Counted from the first letter of the stretch, positions 29,565 to 38,439 are shown. The stretch is 41,419 bases of DNA from Methanobacteriota archaeon (GCA_002723045.1 PBNI01000033.1:1-41419), one strand, 5' to 3'. Notes: a model not told the origin generated them from the letters alone. Made by a program: numbers and translations.

Positions 29565-32219
29565 TCACTCGGTCTTGTCTATCTTTTGGGATGAGACCCC
29601 TCTCGACTTCATTTCTTTCTGTACGGTTCCAGATTTCATAGACCCATCCTGCTCTAATGCGGAAAGGGCTGCTATCACGATGCTATTTGTGTCGATTTCG
29701 AAGAAGGTCCGGAGGGCTTCTCTGGAATCTGAGCGGCCGAATCCATCGGTACCTAGGACTACGAATCGTCCACCGACCCATCGTTGAATCATCTCAGGGA
29801 CGGAGCAGATGTAATCTGACGTTGCTATGGTTGGGGTTTCATCTCCAAAACATTCGGAAACGTAAGGTATTGAATCGCTTCCAGGATTGAGTCGCATCTT
29901 CCTCTCGTGTTCCATTCCTATTCGTCGAAGTTCCCCGTATGAAGTAACTGACCAAACTTCCGATTCGACCCCATGATCACGCAGTAGTTCTGTGGCGGCC
30001 TCTCTTACGAGATTCAGTATAGGACCTGAGCCTAGCAGTCTGACCTTGGGGCCATTCCCCGTTGTCTCTTCGAGAAGATACGCCCCTCTGATTATACCTT
30101 CATCTGTTCCTTCCGGCTTTGGTATCTGCTGTTGATTCTCATTGTACAGCATTATGTAATGGAACACATCAAGATTCTTGCCCCACATCTCTTCGATCCC
30201 ATGTCTAATTATTGTCGCTAGTTCGTATGCATAAGCAGGGTCCCATGCACGACAGTGAGGGACTGCAGAGGCCATCAGGAGGCTATGGCCGTCTTGATGC
30301 TGCAATCCTTCACCATTCAGTGTCGTTCGCCCTGCAGTTGCGCCCATGAGGAAGCCTCTAGCTCTAGCATCGGCAGCACTCCATATCTGATCACCTACTC
30401 TCTGGAAGCCGAACATTGAGTAGAAGGTGTAGAATGGAAGTGTGGGAGAGTTCGCGTTCGAGTAAGAAGTTGCGCTAGATATCCATGAGGCTATTGCTCC
30501 GGCCTCGGAGATTCCTTCCTGAAGCACCTGTCCAGAATCAGATTCTTTGTAGTTCAGCAGCATCTTATGATCGACTGGCGTATATTTCTGCCCCTTTGAT
30601 GCGAATATTTCGAACTCGCTGAAGAGAGGATCCATTCCGAAGGTTCTTCCTTCGTCGGGAATGATGGGGACGACCTTGTCGCCTATCTCTGACTTCATTA
30701 GAGTCCTCAAAAGGCGAACGAAGGCCATGGTTGTTGAGACCTCTTGCCCCTCGGGTGTTCCTCCATCGAATGCTGAGTATGTTTCCTCGCCTGGAAGATC
30801 TGAGGTGATGGTGATTGGTCTTCTCGAAGGCAGGTGTCCGCCAAGATTCTTTCTTCGTTCGAACAAGTAATCGATTTCATCCGAGTCTTCTTCAAGAGTG
30901 ACAAATGGATTGTCCTCGAGTTTGGAATCATCCAAGTTAAGTCCAAGTGCGTCACGGTAAGAAACGAGGTCCTCGAGACTCATCTTTTTCTTCTGGTGTG
31001 TCGAGTTCCTTCCCTCGAATGAGTCGATCCCCCAGCCCTTTACGGTATGTGCTAGGATTACAGCAGGTCCATTGGCAGAAAGGGCTGCTTGGTATGCTGA
31101 ATATACCTTGATTGGGTCGTGACCTCCTCTGGTTAGTTCCTCGATTTCTGTGTCCGAGATAGAGGTTCCCAACGCTTGGAGTGCTTCGCTCGCGGAGAAC
31201 AGTTCATCCCGAAACTCACTAGGGGCGAGGGTACTCAGACGTTGCCAGTCCCCATCTGTGATTGTCTCCATCCTGTTCAACAGCTCACCGTTTGAATCAA
31301 GTTGGAACACTCGATCCCATCCAGAGCCCCAGATGACTTTGATTACAGTCCATCCAGCACCTCGATATAGCCCCTCCAGCTCTTGGATAATATTGGAGTT
31401 CCCTCGAACTGGGCCATCCAATCTTTGAAGATTGCAATTGACCACAACAACCAGATTATCCAACTGTTCTCTACCGGCTACTGCTATGGAGGCGATTGCC
31501 TCGGGTTCGTCCATCTCCCCATCGCCAAGAAATGCAAAAACACGACTCTCAGAGGTATCGGCTAGATTTCGCTGGTGGAGGTACTTCCAGAATCTGGCCT
31601 GCATTACTGCACCTAGTGGCCCAAGACCCATGGAGACTGTTGGGTACTCCCAGAATTCTGGCATTAGACGAGGGTGCGGGTATGAAGACAGGCCGTCTTC
31701 GAAGGCTTCCTGACGGAAGTTTGAGATTTGATCAACAGTAATCCGTCCCTCTAGGAATGCTCGAGAGTAGATTCCTGGACTAGCATGACCTTGGATGTAG
31801 AGAGCATCTCCTATGCCATTGTGGTCCTTTCCTCTGAAGACATGATTGAAGCCGACCTCGTACAAAGTTGAGCTCGAGGCATAAGTGGAAATATGGCCGC
31901 CAATTCCATCCATCCTTCTGTTTGCATCAGAGACCATTGCTGCTGCGTTCCAGAGAACGTGATTCTGGATTTCCTTCTCAATTCCCAGATTTCCAGGATA
32001 TGGTTTTTGCTGTTCGATGGAAATTGAGTTCAGATATGGTGTCCTTGTGGTGGAAATATCGATACCAAGAGCTGTTGCCTCTGACAATAGTTCCTGAAGG
32101 AGGAGGCGGGCTCTGGAACTTCCAGAGGAGGAGGTCAACGTCCTCAATGACTCGAGCCACTCATCGGTCTCTTCGGGGTCCATATCAGGGAGGGTCTGGC
32201 GAGGTTTGGTTGGAGACAT
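29565..32219 (-). CDS. aceE: Pyruvate dehydrogenase E1 component, homodimeric (AceE) type
   Basis: It looks collinear with E. coli AceE from memory: DPEETDEWLESL, YPGNLGIEKEI, GGHISTYASS, GDGEMDEPE, NCNLQRLDGPVRGN, GRTTLNGEGLQHQDGHS, GTDGFGRSDSRE. The track ORF starts at TTG 32258. I prefer ATG 32219 (MSPTKPRQTLPDMDPEE). Confidence 0.92.
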   Translation of the reverse strand: MSPTKPRQTLPDMDPEETDEWLESLRTLTSSSGSSRARLLLQELLSEATALGIDISTTRTPYLNSISIEQQKPYPGNLGIEKEIQNHVLWNAAAMVSDANRRMDGIGGHISTYASSSTLYEVGFNHVFRGKDHNGIGDALYIQGHASPGIYSRAFLEGRITVDQISNFRQEAFEDGLSSYPHPRLMPEFWEYPTVSMGLGPLGAVMQARFWKYLHQRNLADTSESRVFAFLGDGEMDEPEAIASIAVAGREQLDNLVVVVNCNLQRLDGPVRGNSNIIQELEGLYRGAGWTVIKVIWGSGWDRVFQLDSNGELLNRMETITDGDWQRLSTLAPSEFRDELFSASEALQALGTSISDTEIEELTRGGHDPIKVYSAYQAALSANGPAVILAHTVKGWGIDSFEGRNSTHQKKKMSLEDLVSYRDALGLNLDDSKLEDNPFVTLEEDSDEIDYLFERRKNLGGHLPSRRPITITSDLPGEETYSAFDGGTPEGQEVSTTMAFVRLLRTLMKSEIGDKVVPIIPDEGRTFGMDPLFSEFEIFASKGQKYTPVDHKMLLNYKESDSGQVLQEGISEAGAIASWISSATSYSNANSPTLPFYTFYSMFGFQRVGDQIWSAADARARGFLMGATAGRTTLNGEGLQHQDGHSLLMASAVPHCRAWDPAYAYELATIIRHGIEEMWGKNLDVFHYIMLYNENQQQIPKPEGTDEGIIRGAYLLEETTGNGPKVRLLGSGPILNLVREAATELLRDHGVESEVWSVTSYGELRRIGMEHERKMRLNPGSDSIPYVSECFGDETPTIATSDYICSVPEMIQRWVGGRFVVLGTDGFGRSDSREALRTFFEIDTNSIVIAALSALEQDGSMKSGTVQKEMKSRGVSSQKIDKTE

Positions 32220-32294
32220 GTCTGCACTACTGCCCCGCAGGGCAGAATCACCAGCCAAGGCGTGTTTTTTGAATGGGTCGACGTTCTAATCTGC

Positions 32295-32906
32295 TCAAAG
32301 AGGGGATGGACCCGGTCCGAGTTCGATGAGATGGCACTCGTGCATTGTCCTAACTCCGGCTACTGTAATTGCGGAATCGCCCGACACGCATCTCTCTCCC
32401 TTCCACTTCCTGACGGTTCTAACCACGGTCTTGGAACCTGGAGCGTTGTTGGGATCTACCTTCACCTCAACAATTAGTTCTCCGACCTGCCCCAACCAAC
32501 CCAAAGCTGCATCAATGCTTCTTCGAGCGTAACCGTGCCGCTGCTCAGAGCTGCGTACCCAATATCCCAAGTTCCATGTGGCCCTATTTGATCTAGTTAC
32601 TCTATCGAAACCTATCAAGCCAATCACATAGCCATCCCAGGGGCGGATCATTATCCAATGATGGAGAAGTCCGGTGCGCCCTTTGCGCTCGGTATCCTCG
32701 ATAAAATCCTCTAACTGTGGCCTAATTTCTTTATCTGGATTAATCCAAGGCATGGCCCTGATTACATCTGGCCAAGTCTCCTCAAATGCCTCGACAATGT
32801 CAGTAATGTGTGTCTTGGATGCTGGCCTAAGCACTAGGCCTTCGTCGACCCTGATTGACGAGGTTGCCCTCCTGTGCATTATTTTCGGGGACGGGCTCCA
32901 GCGCAT
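32295..32906 (-). CDS. GNAT family N-acetyltransferase (RimJ/RimL-like)
   Basis: LVLRPASKTHITDI...IGLIGFDRVTRSNRATWNLGYWVRSSEQRHGYARRSIDAALGWL fits the Acetyltransf_3-type pattern. The substrate is unknown. Confidence 0.65.
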   Translation of the reverse strand: MRWSPSPKIMHRRATSSIRVDEGLVLRPASKTHITDIVEAFEETWPDVIRAMPWINPDKEIRPQLEDFIEDTERKGRTGLLHHWIMIRPWDGYVIGLIGFDRVTRSNRATWNLGYWVRSSEQRHGYARRSIDAALGWLGQVGELIVEVKVDPNNAPGSKTVVRTVRKWKGERCVSGDSAITVAGVRTMHECHLIELGPGPSPL

Positions 32907-32929
32907 CAGTCCTGCGTATCAGGACTTGG

Positions 32930-34039
32930 TTATGAAGTCAGTTTCTCCTTTGCTCGAGCAATATCTGGGTCTTCTGGATTGGTTTCGTAGGCTGATTCAA
33001 CCATCCTTTGTGCCTCAGTATTCCTTCCAATTGACATTAGTAGCTTACCGACGGAGTAGATCAAAGAAGGCCTATTCCCCAAGTGAGGGCCGACTTCGTC
33101 GAGGAGGACGGTTGTCTGGGCTTTATTCTGGTCTTTTGCAGACCTGAAGGCTGCCTGAAGCTGTTTGATAATTTCCGGAACTGGCCATTCGTCTTGTTGC
33201 TGCCAGGGCCAGAAAGAGGTAGTTGTCTGGTGCGGGATGTCAACAGGTTCCTCTTCTACGAGTTGGAGGATTGGTGCGGATGGGATCTGAACGGGTATTT
33301 CGATAGGTTCAGGCTCCTTTTCCTCGTGAATCGGAGTTGCAGCAAGTTTCGGGATTGGGATCGAAGGGGCTGGTGGAATTTGGGGCGTATTGTTTGGCGG
33401 TGAGTCCACTCTTGCAAAGGCTTCCTCAAATTCATCTACCTTTCCATCCCCATCGAAGTCATCATCATCTATACTCACAACTTCTCTGGATGGTGAACCC
33501 TTTTCGTTAGCCTCGATAATCTCGTTGGATTCCAGCGGTTGTGTGAAATCTGGAGTCTCGGCATTTGGTTGGATTAACTCGATTGTTCTGTGATCCAGTT
33601 TCTCTTCCTCTTCTATCGGGCTTCTGGGTACTTCGAATTTCTGAACGAATTGCGGGATGTCATCTGCAGTTAGTTCATACTCCTCATCTATTTCTTCGGT
33701 AGGTGGGATAAACGAGCCGAAATCTGGTTTCCTATCTAATTGGACTTCTTCATCATCGCCATATTGCGAGACCTCTACGGTTAAGTCATCAAATGCAAAT
33801 GAAGGAGTGGTGGGTTCATTTTCCTCTTCGTCCTCTTCAATCTCGCTCATCAGCTGATCCAATAAGTCCGTGGACTCGTCTTCTCCAAGTCCTGAACTCT
33901 GCTGAAAAGAAGGACGGTCTATCTGGTAGAAGCATCGTGTGCAAACCTTGGTCCCCTCCTGGTTCAAGTGTTGACATGACGGGCAGGGCGTGCCCTTGGA
34001 GTTAGAATTACTCCATGACTTGAATCTGTCAAATACCAA
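32930..34039 (-). CDS. Zinc-ribbon protein with a long acidic/proline-rich linker and a TPR-like C-terminus, function unknown
   Basis: CPSCQHLNQEGTKVCTRCFYQ, then a D/E-rich and P-rich region, then a helical C-terminus (SLIYSVGKLLMSIGRNTEAQRMVESAYETNPEDPDIARAKEKL). The track ORF extends to TTG 34201 but would then overlap the divergent helicase start. There is no in-frame ATG upstream of the zinc ribbon. Candidate starts are TTG 34039 (G-rich run upstream) or GTG 34090, so the start is uncertain. Confidence 0.6.
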   Translation of the reverse strand: MVFDRFKSWSNSNSKGTPCPSCQHLNQEGTKVCTRCFYQIDRPSFQQSSGLGEDESTDLLDQLMSEIEEDEEENEPTTPSFAFDDLTVEVSQYGDDEEVQLDRKPDFGSFIPPTEEIDEEYELTADDIPQFVQKFEVPRSPIEEEEKLDHRTIELIQPNAETPDFTQPLESNEIIEANEKGSPSREVVSIDDDDFDGDGKVDEFEEAFARVDSPPNNTPQIPPAPSIPIPKLAATPIHEEKEPEPIEIPVQIPSAPILQLVEEEPVDIPHQTTTSFWPWQQQDEWPVPEIIKQLQAAFRSAKDQNKAQTTVLLDEVGPHLGNRPSLIYSVGKLLMSIGRNTEAQRMVESAYETNPEDPDIARAKEKLTS

Positions 34040-34148
34040 TCCCGTCCCCCCAGTATTTCCTTTCGGCAGTGGTGAACGTATAATTCTCACTGGGAATGGT
34101 TTGTTTTGATGTAAGTAGGACTCGTCAAGTAACCGTGATAGGGACAGG

Positions 34149-36092
34149 GTGAGACGGGTATTCGTGGGCGACTCTGAGAAAACGGTTCCAAGTGGCTTCA
34201 AAAGAAGCCAGGACCATCACGAAGCTTACCTGCGTCTAATTCGATGGGAGTTAGATGATGAATTGGCGATGACCGAGGAGAGGCTGAGGAATTGGTCGGA
34301 AAAGAAGTTGGAAGCGAATGGAATTGCCCTGTTCGGATTGAGCGCTAAGACAGATGGTTGGTTATTCGGTCAGAGAATAATTAGGCTCCGAAGAGGCGTG
34401 GGTAAACAACTTGGCTCCCATCGGTTCAGGCAGGGTGACATAGTTTTGCTAAGCAGAGGGAGTCCACTGACCGAGAAGCCGATTGAAGCCGTAGTGAGCA
34501 ATAGGAGCAGGGACTCGATTCGAATAGTGCTTCCCGAGGCACCTCAGGGTCTGCGAAAGGGGACATGGAGGATCGATAGAGGAGCCAATCGTGTTGCATT
34601 TGACAGGATGAGGGATGCTCTGAATTCTATCTTCGAGGAAGATGGAAGTGCCCCTCTGAGAGAGTTGCTTCTAGGCCTAGTTCATGACCCCGTCGGAACT
34701 GCTTCGCTAGTTCCAGAGCTAGGAGGGGTGAGGCAAAAAAGGGCAACACTGCCAAGTGATATGAATAAGGCTCAGAGGGATGCTGCAGAGAGTGCGATAA
34801 ATAGTAGGCTGACACTGATTCAGGGCCCTCCTGGAACCGGTAAGACTCACACTGCAGTTAGAATCCTCGAGAACTGGTCTATACTAGATACTGGAACAGT
34901 TCTTGCAGTAGCGGACTCAAATGTGGCGGTTGACAACTTATTGGAGGGATTACTAGAGAGGGGAGTTAGGGCAGTTAGATTGGGGCAACCAGTGAAGGTA
35001 AGAGAGAATCTGAGAAACGCAACAATGGATGCTAGGATGGAAAGTCACGAGTTGAATAGGGATCTTGTGGAAGAGATTGAGAGGAATGAAAAATTGTCAA
35101 GGAGGATTAAGGGCATGAGGGGGGGGAAGGAAAAGGGACTAGCACACAGGGACCTTAGCAGGGGGTGGAAGGAAGTGAAAAGGCTCGAAAGGCAAATTCG
35201 GGATGACATTCTAGATAGGGCTCAGGTTCTTTGTTGCACTTGCATTGGTTCTGGACATGAGTTGCTCGATGGGCGAAGGTTTTCACGGGTTCTAATTGAT
35301 GAGGCGACTCAGGCCACTGAACCTGCCACATTGGTGCCCATTGTGAAAGGGGCCAGACAGGTCGTATTGGTCGGTGATCACAAACAACTTCCTCCGACCG
35401 TGATTTCTCGGAGGGCTGAGAATGGAGGATTGAGTAGATCTCTATTCGAACGACTGGTGGACATGGGAATCAAGCCTCTACTGCTTAGCACTCAGTATAG
35501 GATGCATCCATCAATTTCTGAGTTTCCAAACTCTCATTTCTACGGAGGAATGCTAGAGGATGGGGTGGATGAGTCTGAGAGAGAGGCCCCCCCTGGAATG
35601 CTTTGGCCCGATTGGGACTCGCCGTTAGCGTTCCTCCCGATCGATGGCGATGAGTTGCTCTCCCCCGATGGAGCATCGAAGGAGAATGCAGCAGAGGCAT
35701 CATGGGTAGTGAAAATCCTAATCGGGTTTGTGGACGATGGTGGACTTGAGTTAACGGACATTGGCATAGTCACGCCATACGCTGGACAAGTTAGGGCGAT
35801 TAGGGATATGCTTCCAGAGTCGATGCAGGGAATCGAGGTTAGGACTGTTGACGGATATCAAGGAAGAGAGAAGGATGTGATTATCTTCTCTTGTGTGAGG
35901 TCTAACTCGGATGGAAATGTCGGTTTCCTCTCCGATAGGAGAAGGCTTAACGTGGCACTTACCAGATCGAAGCGTGGTCTTGTGGTAGTTGGAAACCCAG
36001 ATACGTTGAGGCATGATGAGAATTGGAAATCGTGGATTGAGCATGTGAGGAGTCGTAAACTTGAGGCATGGCATCTCCTGGGTACTGCATGA
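34149..36092 (+). CDS. SF1B Upf1-like helicase with IGHMBP2/SMUBP-2-like architecture
   Basis: LIQGPPGTGKTHT (34824-34847 region), DEATQATEP, VLVGDHKQLPPTV, TQYRMHPSISEFPNSHFY, VDGYQGREKDVIIFSCVRSN, GFLSDRRRLNVALTRSKRGLVVVGN. The N-terminal ~190 aa (LRLIRWELDDE...FRQGDIVLLS...WRIDRGANRVAFDRMRDAL) parallels the barrel and stalk preceding RecA1 in IGHMBP2. Start could be GTG 34149 or 34164. Confidence 0.9.
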   Translation: MRRVFVGDSEKTVPSGFKRSQDHHEAYLRLIRWELDDELAMTEERLRNWSEKKLEANGIALFGLSAKTDGWLFGQRIIRLRRGVGKQLGSHRFRQGDIVLLSRGSPLTEKPIEAVVSNRSRDSIRIVLPEAPQGLRKGTWRIDRGANRVAFDRMRDALNSIFEEDGSAPLRELLLGLVHDPVGTASLVPELGGVRQKRATLPSDMNKAQRDAAESAINSRLTLIQGPPGTGKTHTAVRILENWSILDTGTVLAVADSNVAVDNLLEGLLERGVRAVRLGQPVKVRENLRNATMDARMESHELNRDLVEEIERNEKLSRRIKGMRGGKEKGLAHRDLSRGWKEVKRLERQIRDDILDRAQVLCCTCIGSGHELLDGRRFSRVLIDEATQATEPATLVPIVKGARQVVLVGDHKQLPPTVISRRAENGGLSRSLFERLVDMGIKPLLLSTQYRMHPSISEFPNSHFYGGMLEDGVDESEREAPPGMLWPDWDSPLAFLPIDGDELLSPDGASKENAAEASWVVKILIGFVDDGGLELTDIGIVTPYAGQVRAIRDMLPESMQGIEVRTVDGYQGREKDVIIFSCVRSNSDGNVGFLSDRRRLNVALTRSKRGLVVVGNPDTLRHDENWKSWIEHVRSRKLEAWHLLGTA

Positions 36093-36101
36093 GGTGCATG
36101 G

Positions 36102-36674
36102 ATGAACGATCATGACTCTCCAATCTCCATTCATGGTGGAGGGACGCTTGCGAAGGCAATAGTTTCCCAGGAGAATGACCATTGGTCGGTCCCAGATGGC
36201 TCAATTCTGGCCTCTTGGGCTAGGAGGATGGTTGCCTTCGTTATTGATGTCACGATCGTATACTCAGTTCTGAACCTGTCAACAGGGGGGATGATCGCTA
36301 ATGCACTGAACGTGGGGCTATGGGCATCATCTGATTTTCACTACTCTGTTGCATTCGCTGCCATATTGCTTGCCAGTCACTGGCTATACTGGAGAGTAAC
36401 TGGTTTGGCTTTCTCAAGATCTCTTGGTCAGAAGTTGCTTGGGATCGCGATTGTGAAGGACAATGGAGATGCGGTGACCAGTGAAATGTGGGACAAGAGA
36501 GCAGTGGGAAAACTACTGTATCTAATTCCCGTATTGAACCTCTACTTCGGCATCTATGAGTTGGCTAGAATCTCACAGAGGCACACTCATCAGTCAAATC
36601 TTGACCTTCGGGTGGGTACAATTGTTGCGCATTCTGCTTCCCTGCCTCCCGGTAGTAGAAGGCATATCAGATAA
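36102..36674 (+). CDS. RDD family membrane protein
   Basis: WARRMVAFVIDVTIVY followed by 2-3 TM segments and C-terminal HQSNLDLRVGTIVA, matching the RDD-domain pattern. GAGGTG lies 5 nt upstream of the ATG and overlaps the helicase stop. Confidence 0.6.
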   Translation: MNDHDSPISIHGGGTLAKAIVSQENDHWSVPDGSILASWARRMVAFVIDVTIVYSVLNLSTGGMIANALNVGLWASSDFHYSVAFAAILLASHWLYWRVTGLAFSRSLGQKLLGIAIVKDNGDAVTSEMWDKRAVGKLLYLIPVLNLYFGIYELARISQRHTHQSNLDLRVGTIVAHSASLPPGSRRHIR

Positions 36675-36684
36675 CGGTGGAAGC

Positions 36685-37287
36685 ATGGACGATGTCGTAG
36701 AGTGGGCGCGTTCTGGAAGGTGCATTGTCTATCCCACTTCCACACTTCCTGCTCTTGGTTGCATTCCTGAACCGAGTGCTCTAGATGTGTTGTTTGAGAT
36801 AAAGGGCAGACCTAGTACTGCGCCTGTGAGTCTAGGAGTGGCCGATCTTAGCCAAGCTAGTAAGATTGTGGAGATAACGGATGATCTACAAGAAATACTG
36901 GACTCCTTTCCAGAAGGGTCCCTAACCATAGTTCTCAGTCCGATAGATGAGATGGACTTTCGTCTGGGATCAAGGGGCGTTGCTGTTCGTGTGGTCTCGG
37001 ACCCAAGGGCTAGAGAACTGCTGCTCAAGACCGGCCCATTGACCGCCACCAGTGCAAACCATACAGGTCAAGAGCCCCTTCTGGATTGCATTAAAGCCGC
37101 AGATTCTCTATGTACCTCGGAACATACTGTATTGGGGGCTGATGGGATTTGTCATGGGGGTCTACCCAGTACTTTGATAGCATGGCATACGGTCTGCGAT
37201 TCGCCTGAGTCACTAGGGATAGAGGTAATTAGAGAAGGGAAGGTCAGTACCGAGGAGGTTTTAGCATGGTGGAAGAGGAGGACCTGA
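36685..37287 (+). CDS. tsaC: L-threonylcarbamoyladenylate synthase, short YrdC/TsaC-type (no Sua5 C-terminal domain)
   Basis: IVYPTSTLPALGC, IKGRPSTAPVSLGV, ATSANHTGQEP and GGLPSTLI. The track ORF starts at 36556 inside the RDD gene. ATG 36685 (MDDVVEWAR) lies 11 nt after the RDD stop and gives a 200-aa YrdC domain. Confidence 0.8.
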   Translation: MDDVVEWARSGRCIVYPTSTLPALGCIPEPSALDVLFEIKGRPSTAPVSLGVADLSQASKIVEITDDLQEILDSFPEGSLTIVLSPIDEMDFRLGSRGVAVRVVSDPRARELLLKTGPLTATSANHTGQEPLLDCIKAADSLCTSEHTVLGADGICHGGLPSTLIAWHTVCDSPESLGIEVIREGKVSTEEVLAWWKRRT

Positions 37288-38279
37288 AGCAATGGAGAGA
37301 CGCAGGTCATGTTGCTAGAAGGACGCTAGAAGGAATCAAGGGGGAGATTGTTGCTGGTAAGCAGTGGTCCGAAGTCATAGACTCTGCTGAGAGGTTCATC
37401 AGAAGGCATGGAGGGAAGGCGGCCTTCCCCGTGACAATCTCAGTTAACGATATGGCCGCCCACTATACGACGAATACAGAATTGACGCCCCCCGAGGGTT
37501 TTGAGGGGGAGATGGTTTTCCAGGACGGGGATCTTGTCAAACTGGATGTTGGAGTTCATATCAAAGGAGCATTGGGGGACAATGCGCTGACGATTGAGGT
37601 CGGAAACGGAGGAGAGCACACTGAGCAAATTAGAGCAGCAAAAGAGGCCAGAGATGCTGCGATAGAGAAGATGCACCCGGGCACTCCTTGGCATGTTATT
37701 GGAGAAGCCGCCCAGCAGGCATCTGTGGATGCTGGTTTTGAACCAATCAGAAATCTAAGTGGTCACAAGATGGAGAGGTGGAACCTGCACTCGGGCGTGT
37801 CGATACCCATGTACGCATGTGGTCCGAAGAACCCTAGCTACAAAGGAGAAGTAGAAGCGGGAGGGGTGTATGCGGTGGAGCCGTTCAATACCACTGGAAA
37901 AAGTGGGATGATTGAAAATGTACCACCTGCTGATTCGTCCAACATTCTTCGAGTGACCGGGGATGTTAGGATTAGAAAGGCGCTATCAAAGGGTAAATTG
38001 AAGCCTCTTGGGGCAACTATGGCGAGATACATCGAAGAACGATACAACACCCTACCATTCGCAGAAAGGTGGGCTTCTCCATTGCTTAGCAAGCCGTTTC
38101 CGGAAGAAGATGATGAGTCACTTAAGAGGAAATGGAAGGCTCTTGTGAAGAAGTTGACCTCTATTAGGTTCCTTGAGGTATACAGTGCTCTGAGGGATGT
38201 CGATAGGGGCGATGTTGGACAATTCGAGCATACGGTTTTCATCACCGAAGGCGGCCCAGAGGTCCTTACCGTGGAATGA
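37266..38279 (+). CDS. map: Methionine aminopeptidase, type 2 (archaeal)
   Basis: AAFPVTISVNDMAAHYT, GDLVKLDVGVHIKGALGDNALT, LSGHKMERWNLHSG, YAVEPFNTTG and QFEHTVFITEGGPEVLT. It has the helical insert typical of type 2. It overlaps the tsaC end by 22 nt. Confidence 0.92.
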   Translation: MVEEEDLKQWRDAGHVARRTLEGIKGEIVAGKQWSEVIDSAERFIRRHGGKAAFPVTISVNDMAAHYTTNTELTPPEGFEGEMVFQDGDLVKLDVGVHIKGALGDNALTIEVGNGGEHTEQIRAAKEARDAAIEKMHPGTPWHVIGEAAQQASVDAGFEPIRNLSGHKMERWNLHSGVSIPMYACGPKNPSYKGEVEAGGVYAVEPFNTTGKSGMIENVPPADSSNILRVTGDVRIRKALSKGKLKPLGATMARYIEERYNTLPFAERWASPLLSKPFPEEDDESLKRKWKALVKKLTSIRFLEVYSALRDVDRGDVGQFEHTVFITEGGPEVLTVE

Positions 38280-38439
38280 GTTTTCATAAAATCGGGAAAA
38301 ACCTGCAAATTTCTAACAATGATTAACTATTGTCGCCTTTCTGGATCAGCCGTACAGGACGAAAGGTTCTCGCTGAGTGCATCCCATCCCCTCGCAATTA
38401 TCTCTCTCCTGTACACCTAACTGACTCAGCCGGATGGCT

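Noticed and set aside
36556-36684. Long form of the tsaC ORF starting inside the RDD gene
   Set aside because: The 43 extra residues are hydrophobic out-of-frame read-through of the RDD gene. The YrdC domain begins right after ATG 36685.
38317-38380. C/D-box sRNA candidate (ATGATTA ... CTGA)
   Set aside because: The C box is imperfect (not RUGAUGA). There is no C'/D' pair and no terminal stem.
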